From a virus (Duplodnaviria; Caudoviricetes), in IMG/VR virus record IMGVR_UViG_3300042534_000372, positions 1 through 56,714 of that record: a stretch of DNA of 56,714 nucleotides; one strand, written 5' to 3'. Shown here in pieces: positions 1 to 8,950 of the stretch. The notes below the pieces were generated by a model. That model was not told where the DNA came from. It made no database searches and saw nothing but the letters and a program-made list of their open reading frames with translations. Within the stretch, counting starts at the first letter, position 1. Every line of letters begins with the position of its first letter. A program made the translations under genes and the position numbers.

Positions 1-269
1 TCGATAGGAAGTAAATTATCAAATTCACACTCGAACAGTTCAGCGAATACGGCCCGAAGCGGTTCGGTGAAGTTCTTTAATTGTGGCACTACTTTCTCAT
101 GAAAAACTTGAGGTGTTTTAATTTCTCCTTCGATTTGAATTTGTGCCAGGTGTGGGCTTATTGCTATTAATTGGCCGACTGTGATCGGTTTTATTTCAAT
201 CTTGCCGTAATAGGCTGATTTATTCCGAATTATATCGGCTTGTTTATGTAATTGTTGTATTAGATCCAT
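1..269 (-). CDS. Partial ORF (MDLIQQLHKQ...), possible tail assembly chaperone of a related phage
   Basis: Open frame from ATG at 269 runs off the contig; TATCTTTG element at 275-282 (minus); no matching sequence at the other end of the circle. Confidence 0.5.
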   Translation of the reverse strand, partial: MDLIQQLHKQADIIRNKSAYYGKIEIKPITVGQLIAISPHLAQIQIEGEIKTPQVFHEKVVPQLKNFTEPLRAVFAELFECEFDNLLPI

Positions 270-341
270 AAGGACAAAGATACTAAATAAAAATAAATTA
301 AATTATTTTAGGTTGGGTATTGTTTTATTAATAGTTTTGTT

Positions 342-349
342 TATATTTG
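342..349 (+). promoter_or_regulatory. Bacteroidota-type -7 promoter element TATATTTG
   Basis: Matches TAnnTTTG upstream of ORF 390. Confidence 0.6.
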
Positions 350-389
350 TATCAACAAACAGAGATAATAACACTTAAAAATAAATTAG

Positions 390-629
390 ATGAAAACTTC
401 AACTTTAAAAAACAAATTAAACAAACTAAATATTCAATTTACTATTGATAATGAATATCAATTAATTGAATTTACAATAAACAACAAAAGCTATTCAGGT
501 AGCTTAAATGATAATGAAGCTGAAGTTTACGGTTTTTGTGCTATAACTGGTTATGATGATGCAAGCCAAGAAACAACTAGAAGATTTTTTGATAATTTCA
601 ATCAAGTGTTAAGACATTCGAATAAATAA
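390..629 (+). CDS. Hypothetical protein (allele of 56226-56465)
   Basis: ORF track; differences from the second copy are synonymous or conservative. Confidence 0.8.
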   Translation: MKTSTLKNKLNKLNIQFTIDNEYQLIEFTINNKSYSGSLNDNEAEVYGFCAITGYDDASQETTRRFFDNFNQVLRHSNK

Positions 630-630
630 A

Positions 631-798
631 ATGGATATTAAATTTAAAGGTCAGAAACTCTCAACTCTAGAATGGGTTGAGAGTGATTCAATACTACAAG
701 GCAGACATTGCGAAACCAAAAGAATTTTCTTGAAAACGAAAGAAAAGTTTCCGCAATGGACTGAATGTAAACCAGAAACGGTTATTCAAATTAAATAA
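631..798 (+). CDS. Small YopX-like protein
   Basis: MDIKFKG...WVE...KPETV motif; copy at 56467-56634 differs only synonymously. Confidence 0.6.
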   Translation: MDIKFKGQKLSTLEWVESDSILQGRHCETKRIFLKTKEKFPQWTECKPETVIQIK

Positions 799-812
799 TT
801 AAAATCTATGTT

Positions 813-1001
813 ATGAAAAAATGCGAAGATTGTGGATGTGAAATTTATTCTTACATCAATAAAGATGGTGAATGCAAGGGAAAAGATTGCTTAAATTGTA
901 GTGTTAAATTATGCAAAGATTGCTGTGATGCTGACTCCCAAAAATGGGAGGATTTTGAGAATGGTGGCGATCCTTTTATTCTTGATGATATGGACTTTTA
1001 A
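813..1001 (+). CDS. Cys-rich small hypothetical protein
   Basis: Several CxxC motifs. Confidence 0.6.
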   Translation: MKKCEDCGCEIYSYINKDGECKGKDCLNCSVKLCKDCCDADSQKWEDFENGGDPFILDDMDF

Positions 1002-1019
1002 TGTATAATTTTATTAATT

Positions 1020-1175
1020 ATGAATAAAGCAATCGACCTAATAAACATGGGAGAAGTCAGCAGAAGGCTTTCTGGCTCACGAATGACAATAAGAAAGAAT
1101 AACATACCAGATAAACATAAGGCTAAAATAGAACGACTATTAAGTGCTATTGAGAACGCTACTAAAAATTGGTAA
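1020..1175 (+). CDS. Small HTH-like protein (MNKAIDLINMGEVSRRLSG...)
   Basis: 51-aa ORF read manually. Confidence 0.5.
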   Translation: MNKAIDLINMGEVSRRLSGSRMTIRKNNIPDKHKAKIERLLSAIENATKNW

Positions 1176-1411
1176 TGTTTTATAACATACGATTTAATTT
1201 TACGTGTATTGTTTAAATGAGTAATTTTAAAATAAAAAAGATCATGAAAAATGCCCTTTAAAAAATGATAATTTATTAATAGAACTTAAATAAGTATTAC
1301 CCACAATGAAAACAAAACTTAATAAACCGATGATTTACGCGATAATGCTTTTTTTTGTATTGTTCGCGATTACAGGAATAGTAACTAGATTAACATTTTA
1401 AAACTAAACAA

Positions 1412-1954
1412 ATGAAGACGATTCAAGTAACCGATGAAATGTACAACGCATTGATTGAGTTAGCTAAAGAAATGACTACTCAGGATAATTTATGTACCGC
1501 AATGCCGTATTTATTTCAAGTAAAAACAAAAGAAGAAGTTGCTGCGTATCCAGATTGTGAAGGCGATGTAATATGGGTAGACTCAGACGAAGGAAGGTTA
1601 GTTAACGATGATGAAATAAAAGATTTTATAATTAGATATTTAGCAGACAATAAAGAGAGCATTGATCCACATTGCGAAAAGGATGATGATGAATTAGTTC
1701 GTGAAGCCACATTACTTTATAATGCTATGGATGATGTAGATATTGATGTATTTTTAGAGCGGAAAGAGTTTAGGAAAATAGAGGTTACCACAATGAATAA
1801 ATATCAAAATGCATTCTTTACTGCAAAGGGATGTAAGGAGCATATTAGACTTAATAATTACCATTACAATGAGCCAACATGCTATTTAAATCATGCTTTC
1901 AGAAACCCAGAAATGGATTTAATATTTAAATTTTTATGCGAATTAACTAAATAA
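1412..1954 (+). CDS. Hypothetical phage protein
   Basis: 180-aa ORF with A-rich leader. Confidence 0.8.
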   Translation: MKTIQVTDEMYNALIELAKEMTTQDNLCTAMPYLFQVKTKEEVAAYPDCEGDVIWVDSDEGRLVNDDEIKDFIIRYLADNKESIDPHCEKDDDELVREATLLYNAMDDVDIDVFLERKEFRKIEVTTMNKYQNAFFTAKGCKEHIRLNNYHYNEPTCYLNHAFRNPEMDLIFKFLCELTK

Positions 1955-1965
1955 AAACTAAACCA

Positions 1966-2904
1966 ATGAAAAAAGAATTACATAAAATCGCTATTGTTTA
2001 CGATAAAGCGAATTGGAAAACAACTACTAAGATTGCTGTTGATTACTTGAGAAGTAAAGATGATGAAGTTGTTATGCGTAAAGATGATATGTGTTTTAAT
2101 GGAAGTCACGATAAACTTGAATTATATTTGTGTAATCATGGGATGTCGTACAAATGGAATAAGTGGGAGTACCTTAATGCGAATCAATCAATGTTATCAA
2201 GAGAGGGATTTACCGTGCTAACCATGCCCCAAGACTTCGATAAGTTGAAAAGCTACTTTGATGAAGATGTTAAGGATGGTGATGTTTGGGTATTTTCAGA
2301 CAATGGAGATGATAGACTGTGGTTATGTAGGTTTAAAGATCAGGATATGGTTATTAATTATTACTCATTAATTAACGAGGGTAATAAATTGTTAGTTGAT
2401 TCATGGATGGATTTGGCCTCAACTAACAGAAAAGCCACACCAGAAGAAGAAGCAAAACTAATCGAAGCAGAACACGCCAATGGATATCATTGGGATGGTA
2501 AAGAGCTGGTTGAGATTCCTGAGTATGTTAATACTAGCGAATGGGGTATACGTAAAATAATATTTAGTTCTTACAATGCTTGCTTTTATAATGATGATAA
2601 GGATCATTGTATTGGATATCAATATGCAATTATAAACCCATCCACAAAAGAAGCTTTCGCAGCTCAGAATAAACCTAATAAAATATTCACATGTGATGAT
2701 GTTGAGGCAATCAAGTCAGCTTTCGACAAAGAAACTAGCAAATTACGATCTAGATTAAATAAGAAGTCTGAGAGGATTAAACAGCTTGAAGAAGAGAATG
2801 AAAAGCTTTTAAAATCTATCGAGTTGGTAAAAAGAGAAGGCGAACGGTTTGAAAAGAAATTACACGCAGTTAAATTTGATATTAACGAATTTTTAAAAGG
2901 ATAG
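1966..2904 (+). CDS. Hypothetical modular phage protein with C-terminal coiled coil
   Basis: RKATPEEE..L....GYHW motif, similar to a segment of 49306-49926. Confidence 0.8.
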   Translation: MKKELHKIAIVYDKANWKTTTKIAVDYLRSKDDEVVMRKDDMCFNGSHDKLELYLCNHGMSYKWNKWEYLNANQSMLSREGFTVLTMPQDFDKLKSYFDEDVKDGDVWVFSDNGDDRLWLCRFKDQDMVINYYSLINEGNKLLVDSWMDLASTNRKATPEEEAKLIEAEHANGYHWDGKELVEIPEYVNTSEWGIRKIIFSSYNACFYNDDKDHCIGYQYAIINPSTKEAFAAQNKPNKIFTCDDVEAIKSAFDKETSKLRSRLNKKSERIKQLEEENEKLLKSIELVKREGERFEKKLHAVKFDINEFLKG

Positions 2905-2906
2905 AT

Positions 2907-3194
2907 ATGAGTAATAATAATTCAAGTGGTGTTAATAGTATTTACTTACTTGGGGTTGCGTTTATAGTTTTGAAGCTAACGAGTGTAATTGATTGGTCTT
3001 GGTGGTGGGTTACTGTTCCGTTTTGGGGTGGTATTGCTCTATTACTTATCGGTATTGGTCTTTATTTGTGCATTAAAAAAATAGCAGAGCGTGGTATTCC
3101 TAAAGTAAATCACAACACAATGGGAAGACATGAGCCTAAAAAAAGTAAATTTCAGCAAAGATTAGAAGATGCTGAGAGTGCAATAAAACAATAA
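2907..3194 (+). CDS. Small membrane protein
   Basis: LKLTSVIDWSWWWVTVPFW motif and two hydrophobic segments. Confidence 0.75.
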   Translation: MSNNNSSGVNSIYLLGVAFIVLKLTSVIDWSWWWVTVPFWGGIALLLIGIGLYLCIKKIAERGIPKVNHNTMGRHEPKKSKFQQRLEDAESAIKQ

Positions 3195-3200
3195 TAAACA

Positions 3201-3236
3201 AAAAAGCCTTAGAACTAAATCTAAGGCTTTTCTTTT
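3201..3236. terminator. Bidirectional intrinsic terminator
   Basis: AAAAAGCCTTAGA...TCTAAGGCTTTT between convergent genes. Confidence 0.85.
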
Positions 3237-3381
3237 ACTTCTTATCTTCTTTAGTAGGATGTAAAGCTTTATAGTGCTCTTCCATATCCTCTTTTTCTAA
3301 CTCTTTACGACTCTTAAACCACTTAGAAAACTCAGCTTTTGAGAGTCTACTTAAACTCGGATTAATCTGTATTTTCCCCAT
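3235..3381 (-). CDS. Small protein downstream of the major tail protein
   Basis: 48-aa ORF MGKIQINPSL..., abutting the MTP stop. Confidence 0.55.
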   Translation of the reverse strand: MGKIQINPSLSRLSKAEFSKWFKSRKELEKEDMEEHYKALHPTKEDKK

Positions 3382-3383
3382 AA

Positions 3384-4286
3384 TTAAACGTTTACTGATA
3401 CATAAAGATTATTTGATACGTATATGATTTTACCACTATCAAGTACTTTAATGCGAACTTTAAAGAAGTCTCCAACCGCAAGATTAACAGGCACTATATC
3501 CTTTTGAATTGTCACAGCGTAAAGACCGTTTACAGGAGCCCCTAGTGTTGTGACCGCCAACGTAGATAATCCGTTTGAATCCAAGAATTCGAAGTCTGCA
3601 ATTACTGCATCATCGTAACCAGACACATTGCATCTAACATTCAATTGTAAGTTGATAATTCCAGTTACGGAGTTGTACACCCCAACAGGTGCTAGATTTA
3701 AACCTACAGGCATGTAAGTGGCAGCCAACGAAGTTAAATCAAAATCCATAGGTATAATTATGCCGTTCTGGAACTCTTCGTATGAATCTCCAAAGAATGT
3801 CATAGGTGCATTATTTCCAACATCAGAAGGCTGAGAAATTCCCTTTGTGGTTACGTCAAGAGTTCCTAAGAATCCTTTAAGTTTCCCGTCAATTATTTGA
3901 GCTATATGAACGCTGTTATCTTGCAACTGAAAAGCTACTTCGTTATTTGAATTACTCAATGCAGATAGCAACATCTTAGTATCACAGAAATTCGTATCAA
4001 GCATAAACTGACCTGATGGAATAGGCTTATTTGTCGCTCTCTTCTTTGTGGAGTCGAAAGTAACAACATTCTTATCATCGGTAGTAACCTCATACGAATT
4101 AAAAACCTTACTAATCCATACAGATTCATCTACATTCATTGCAGATATCCATTTGGATTGAGACCTAACTTCACCTACATTATTAAATTTAGTACCCGTT
4201 TTCAGGATAATAATATTCTTTACTTTTTCGAAATTCGCGCCACATGTAGCAATTACTCCAGCGGGCATATTATTAGCACATCCCAT
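3384..4286 (-). CDS. Probable major tail protein
   Basis: Position after head-tail genes, 300 aa, beta-rich with Ig-like C-terminus. Confidence 0.7.
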   Translation of the reverse strand: MGCANNMPAGVIATCGANFEKVKNIIILKTGTKFNNVGEVRSQSKWISAMNVDESVWISKVFNSYEVTTDDKNVVTFDSTKKRATNKPIPSGQFMLDTNFCDTKMLLSALSNSNNEVAFQLQDNSVHIAQIIDGKLKGFLGTLDVTTKGISQPSDVGNNAPMTFFGDSYEEFQNGIIIPMDFDLTSLAATYMPVGLNLAPVGVYNSVTGIINLQLNVRCNVSGYDDAVIADFEFLDSNGLSTLAVTTLGAPVNGLYAVTIQKDIVPVNLAVGDFFKVRIKVLDSGKIIYVSNNLYVSVNV

Positions 4287-4287
4287 A

Positions 4288-4974
4288 TTATTTACAATTT
4301 TTAATTGTTAATTCTAACTTTAAATTACTTACTTCAATCGCGTCTAAGCGATCACTTAATGGATTCTTATTCGCTAAATCGGAACCCCAATAGTACTCCC
4401 TAGATACGCCAAAATCATTGTTTGTTATTGTGAAACTTAAAGAATCTTTAATAGCTCCAATCAATTCATTGTAAATAGGATCAATAATAGGCGTAAAATT
4501 ATAATCCCGCCTTTGCTTTGTTATGTATTTACCTTCTGTTTCATTAACTACCAAGAAATCGATTGATACGCTTGATTTATTAATCTTATTCTTATCGTAC
4601 CTTATATTTTGCAAAAGTACAACGAGAGGGTATTTGGAATATTTAAGCACATTATCCCCCGAATCATCAAGATCTTTTAATCTGCTTTGAATTTCGATTA
4701 AATGACCATCCATAAAATAAGGAAATTCAGCTTTCCAGTCAGAGCCAGAAACTTCTTTATTCACTACAATCTCTGAGCCTGAAAAAGATAACACCTTACA
4801 ACTTACACCGCCAACAGTAATAACATCATTCAATTTAAGATCATTAACCGTTTGAATAGTAGTTTCGCCATTTAAAGCAACCAATCCTGTAATAGTTCCA
4901 GTCTGTCTAATGCTATCCACTACATCCTCAAAATCAGCTTCAAAAGTCGGTATGTTTAATCTTGAATCGATCAT
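4288..4974 (-). CDS. Probable tail terminator / head-tail joining protein
   Basis: Synteny between adaptor and MTP. Confidence 0.55.
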   Translation of the reverse strand: MIDSRLNIPTFEADFEDVVDSIRQTGTITGLVALNGETTIQTVNDLKLNDVITVGGVSCKVLSFSGSEIVVNKEVSGSDWKAEFPYFMDGHLIEIQSRLKDLDDSGDNVLKYSKYPLVVLLQNIRYDKNKINKSSVSIDFLVVNETEGKYITKQRRDYNFTPIIDPIYNELIGAIKDSLSFTITNNDFGVSREYYWGSDLANKNPLSDRLDAIEVSNLKLELTIKNCK

Positions 4975-5567
4975 ATCCCAAAGATGTTAATCTTCTCAGC
5001 TTGTTCAGATGAGTATTCCCATTCAGGATACACGTCTTTATTAGCTAATAAGAAATTATACAAAGAAGGTTTATCGTCAAAATGAACATATGAACTTAAA
5101 TCAAACTTATCGAACCATCGGCAGTTAATAAGACCAGATAATTCAACAAACTTATTCCAGGCATTCACAAGTTTTTCGCTCGGATTAGCAGTAATTGAAT
5201 TCTCGCCTTGTGGCTTAACTTCTCCTATGCTTGCTGTGTAGCTTGCGTTATCTCTTGCGATAAAATAGTAAGCGTAATAAGCAATCAAACTTTCTTTTTT
5301 AATGTTCGATAAACCGATGTATTTACGTTTTACCGTTTTCCCGCAAAACTCAAACTCAAACTCTTTACCGTCTCTGATATCGATAAACCTTTGCTCTAAA
5401 ATTGGATCAACGATAAACTTAGAATACAGATCATAGCCAAGAACCTTAATCAAAACCTCTTCCTGGTATTCTGTAATCCAAGATGTAAGTTTAGATTGTA
5501 ATCCAGGGCTGTTTGCAGGAATGTTAATATCCCTTATGAAATAATCTTCGTTTATCAAGTTTGCCAT
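4971..5567 (-). CDS. Probable head-tail adaptor
   Basis: Position after capsid; helical with a YYAYY motif. Confidence 0.6.
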   Translation of the reverse strand: MANLINEDYFIRDINIPANSPGLQSKLTSWITEYQEEVLIKVLGYDLYSKFIVDPILEQRFIDIRDGKEFEFEFCGKTVKRKYIGLSNIKKESLIAYYAYYFIARDNASYTASIGEVKPQGENSITANPSEKLVNAWNKFVELSGLINCRWFDKFDLSSYVHFDDKPSLYNFLLANKDVYPEWEYSSEQAEKINIFGI

Positions 5568-5812
5568 TATTCAAGTTCTTTTAATTTATCAGCTTCAATT
5601 TCAGCTTTAGTACGTCTCTTTCGAGGCTCTTTAGATTCATCAAGATCTTCAACTTTAGAAATTAGTTCAACTACTTGATTCGCAGTAAGCTTAATTTCCT
5701 TAACATCTTCTTCTTCTAAAACAATCTTAATACTATTCCTTTTCATGAATAACGAATTCATTTTTAAGAATTTATTAATGTCTTTTTCAGAACCTTCTAT
5801 TTTTAATTCCAT
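5567..5812 (-). CDS. Hypothetical protein (RKRRTKAEIEAD motif)
   Basis: ORF track; stop/start coupled with the next gene. Confidence 0.65.
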   Translation of the reverse strand: MELKIEGSEKDINKFLKMNSLFMKRNSIKIVLEEEDVKEIKLTANQVVELISKVEDLDESKEPRKRRTKAEIEADKLKELE

Positions 5813-5828
5813 ATAGAAATATTTTAAA

Positions 5829-5855
5829 TTAGGGCTGATTTAATGTCAGCCCTAA
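5829..5855 (-). terminator. Hairpin after the capsid gene
   Basis: TTAGGGCTGA...TCAGCCCTAA. Confidence 0.7.
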
Positions 5856-5867
5856 CTATTTAATTTA

Positions 5868-7586
5868 TTAAGGGGTTTCTAATTGCGTTTTTGCAGTAGA
5901 GAATTTTCCGTAAATAAACCAGTAAGGATTATAAACTGGGAAAATAATCTCTTCTTCAATAACCAAAACAATCTCATTGCTTTGTCCTGTTTGAACATCC
6001 TCGTAAAATTGAATTGACAAAGGAGTGTATTCAAGAAGTTCCGCTCCATTTCTAGAGAAGTCACCAGACATAAACTTACCTGTAGGCATCGCAGTTGTTG
6101 AAGCTAATGGAAGACCACCAACAGATACGACCTCGCCGTTAGCATCTTTCTGGATGTTTAGGTAATTATCATCAGTTGCTTTAAGTAATCCCATTTGGAT
6201 TTTTTGCTGTGGATTCACAATATGACCAGTAGCATTAAATTCTCCAGCAACTAATAAGGCTCTAGCAACAGACAGTACATCAACTTCTTGAGCTGAATCA
6301 ATAGCTTGATAGAAAATAGATGCACCTATTCCAGTCCATACTGCTACTTGTCCAAGAGTTTCAGCAACATAAGCCTCGTCAATAACAACCTGAGTAGCAT
6401 TTACAACCTCAATAGATTCATGGGTTGCATTATAACCAGCATTTGTGGCAGCTGCAATAGTTAAACTGTCGCCATTCTTCATTCCGTGAGGAATATTAAA
6501 CGTGATCAATGCTTGAAGTCCACCGTTATAGGTAGCAACATTTAAGAAATTAGTTGCAATATATGTATTTGGAACCAAATTAAAAGGCTGCGCTTGCTTT
6601 GACAATCCATCAACATTGTTTCCAAGTCCATCACCAAATAACAATTGGAAATCCTCAACTGTATATGTAGCATCTGGCAACTTCGCGATAACGTGATCAA
6701 TAACCCACTGTAAACCGTTAGTTTTAAACCAACGCTTAGATATTCTCATTGAATTTGCAATACGCTTAAGTCCCCAGGTATTTTCTTTTGACTTAAATAC
6801 TGATTCAGGAGCTTGTCCGTTCTCAGATAGCATGATTGCACCTAATGTTAATGAATCTTTGAAGTCGTAAACCTGACCTGCTACTACCTGAGCCTGATTA
6901 GTCATACCAACATTAAGTAAGTCTCTAACGTGCATCTTTCTGGCTGGCGCATCATCTCTAACAATGTCAGATACCTGAGAAATCATAACAGTTCCAGTAT
7001 GATTAGGATTAATTGGAACTACTGCTTTAGCTATCGACTTATCAGAACTTGATCCTGATACTGTTTTAACAAGTTCAATATTTCCTTTCTCATCATTATC
7101 TAATGATACTTTTGAGGTAGGGCCGCTAAATCCTTTGTTCTCGTAATCAGCAAAATCCTGAGATTTAAAAGCTCTATCGATAAGGGCTTTCATATGCTCA
7201 CTTCTTGTTAATTTCTTACGTGCATCAGGAATTTGAATACCATTCTCAGACATAGCCTTAATTAAACCACCCTGAGTATTTACAATTTCTTTAATCTCAG
7301 TAGCAAGTTCTAAAGCACTCTTAGATTCTTTCTTAAGATCTTCAATAGTCTTTTCGTAATCCTTAAGTGCTTCTAAAGGCATGTTCTTCAAAGACTTTTC
7401 GAAGTCGTTCTTAATCGCTGTGATCTCTTCTGATTTTAAGAATCCCTTTGTTGCATTCTCAATCTTAGAATTAAAATCTGCAATCATTTTATCAGAAGTG
7501 TAATCGGCTAACGCATCTGGTGCAAGTGCCTTTACTTCGTCATCCGTCAGTGCTGTGAAAACACCATTAACCATCCATTTTTTCAT
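5868..7586 (-). CDS. Major capsid protein (HK97 fold) with N-terminal scaffold and an inserted beta domain
   Basis: Coiled-coil N-terminus; ENGQAPES, QLLFGDGLG, GLPLAST..MP.GKF..GDF motifs; follows the protease. Confidence 0.88.
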   Translation of the reverse strand: MKKWMVNGVFTALTDDEVKALAPDALADYTSDKMIADFNSKIENATKGFLKSEEITAIKNDFEKSLKNMPLEALKDYEKTIEDLKKESKSALELATEIKEIVNTQGGLIKAMSENGIQIPDARKKLTRSEHMKALIDRAFKSQDFADYENKGFSGPTSKVSLDNDEKGNIELVKTVSGSSSDKSIAKAVVPINPNHTGTVMISQVSDIVRDDAPARKMHVRDLLNVGMTNQAQVVAGQVYDFKDSLTLGAIMLSENGQAPESVFKSKENTWGLKRIANSMRISKRWFKTNGLQWVIDHVIAKLPDATYTVEDFQLLFGDGLGNNVDGLSKQAQPFNLVPNTYIATNFLNVATYNGGLQALITFNIPHGMKNGDSLTIAAATNAGYNATHESIEVVNATQVVIDEAYVAETLGQVAVWTGIGASIFYQAIDSAQEVDVLSVARALLVAGEFNATGHIVNPQQKIQMGLLKATDDNYLNIQKDANGEVVSVGGLPLASTTAMPTGKFMSGDFSRNGAELLEYTPLSIQFYEDVQTGQSNEIVLVIEEEIIFPVYNPYWFIYGKFSTAKTQLETP

Positions 7587-7590
7587 TTTA

Positions 7591-8469
7591 CTATTGTTTT
7601 AATAAGTTGAAATAAAATTCATTTTTCTTTTGCTGAGTGTCCTCTGACGGCTCAATTGTTTTCGAAGTGTCCTCTGACGGCTTCTGGTTTTTTTCTAATA
7701 TTTTTATTTTAGCTTTTAATTCTTCAACGGTTTCAGATTTACCAACTTCTAACGTTGGTGTTGCGTAATTACTACCCTTTGGAACTGCTGAACCTTCAAT
7801 TACTTTAGCTTCTTTAACAGCGTAAAACCAGCCTCTTTCTTCGGCTAATTCCTTATTAACTACTGTTGATATATACTTATCCCATGCCTCTTTTTCTGCT
7901 CCGTAATAGTCCTTTTCACTATTCACACAAAGAACTAATTGCATGTATCTCATTCCAACTGAGTGCTCTTTAACCCATCCGTTCGCGTACTGCTTAAACA
8001 TTTCTGGATTTCTGTCTCTCTTTATGGTTGCATCGAAAACTAAAGCCTCTGTATTGCCAGTGAAATTAAAACCAAGCTCTTTCCATGTGAAAGTCTGAAC
8101 TGATACTCTTAATTCGTCACCATCCGCAATAATCTTATCAAATGCTAATCTATGCTCTTGAAGAAATAATATACCGCCATTGTCTTTTACTGACTTATTC
8201 CAAATGCCAACCTGGTGAACATCTCCGTGAGAATCTAAAATATTGGTTGTGTTGATAACAACCTTTACTTTTAATTCGTCTGGACTAGATGCAGCACCAA
8301 CAGCCTTAGTAACTTCTAATGCAGACTCACCACCACTCACGAAAACAACAGAGTCGGCTTGTTTCTCTTTAGCTTTCTTCTGTCTCTGTAATGTGTCGTT
8401 GTTGTCTTTAAGAAACTTAAAAAGCTCGTCTTTAGTTTCAAATTTAGGAATTTTCAAATCGTCACTCAT
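7591..8469 (-). CDS. Prohead protease
   Basis: DSHGDVH, LQEH, HSVGMRY, EGSAV..GSN..TP motifs; lies between portal and capsid. Confidence 0.85.
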   Translation of the reverse strand: MSDDLKIPKFETKDELFKFLKDNNDTLQRQKKAKEKQADSVVFVSGGESALEVTKAVGAASSPDELKVKVVINTTNILDSHGDVHQVGIWNKSVKDNGGILFLQEHRLAFDKIIADGDELRVSVQTFTWKELGFNFTGNTEALVFDATIKRDRNPEMFKQYANGWVKEHSVGMRYMQLVLCVNSEKDYYGAEKEAWDKYISTVVNKELAEERGWFYAVKEAKVIEGSAVPKGSNYATPTLEVGKSETVEELKAKIKILEKNQKPSEDTSKTIEPSEDTQQKKNEFYFNLLKQ

Positions 8470-8472
8470 GGA

Positions 8473-8565
8473 TTACTTTTTAACTATTTTATCAGAATCA
8501 ACTATTTTAAGTCTCTTATCTCTAATCTTATCAATCTCTTCTTTACTAATCTCAACTTTTGCCAT
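8473..8565 (-). CDS. 30-aa peptide upstream of the protease
   Basis: MAKVEISKEEIDKIRDKRLK...; TATCTTTG element upstream near 8591-8598. Confidence 0.45.
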   Translation of the reverse strand: MAKVEISKEEIDKIRDKRLKIVDSDKIVKK

Positions 8566-8669
8566 AATAAAGGTTTAAGTATATAATAGTCAAAGATACT
8601 AATTTATTTTTAATTAAAATACAAATTAATTTATGTGTTGTACAGCACGTTTTTGAATAATTGATAATA

Positions 8670-8700
8670 AAAAACCTGAGCGGTTAGGCTCAGGTTTTTT
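8670..8700. terminator. Intrinsic terminator
   Basis: AAAAACCTGAGC...GCTCAGGTTTTT. Confidence 0.8.
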
Positions 8701-8950
8701 GTTTTATTTAATAATCTTATAATGTTTTGTTACCGAGCACGCTGTCAGGCGTTAACACTACATTCACTGAGCGTTTTTAGGCATCTGCCATTTAACCACC
8801 ACAAGCCTAAATCATCCTGATAAAATGATTTTTCCATAATTTTAGATTTTTAAGCCTTCTCTATATATGTACCTGTGAGCATTAAACCATTACTACCGTC
8901 ATAATAAAACTTCACAACCATGTCATATATTTTAAATTAAAAACTCTAAA

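Larger units (their letters stand above)
390..878 (+). repeat. Direct repeat with 56226-56714 (diverged over 390-756, identical over 757-878)
   Basis: Manual alignment with constant offset 55836. Confidence 0.95.
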
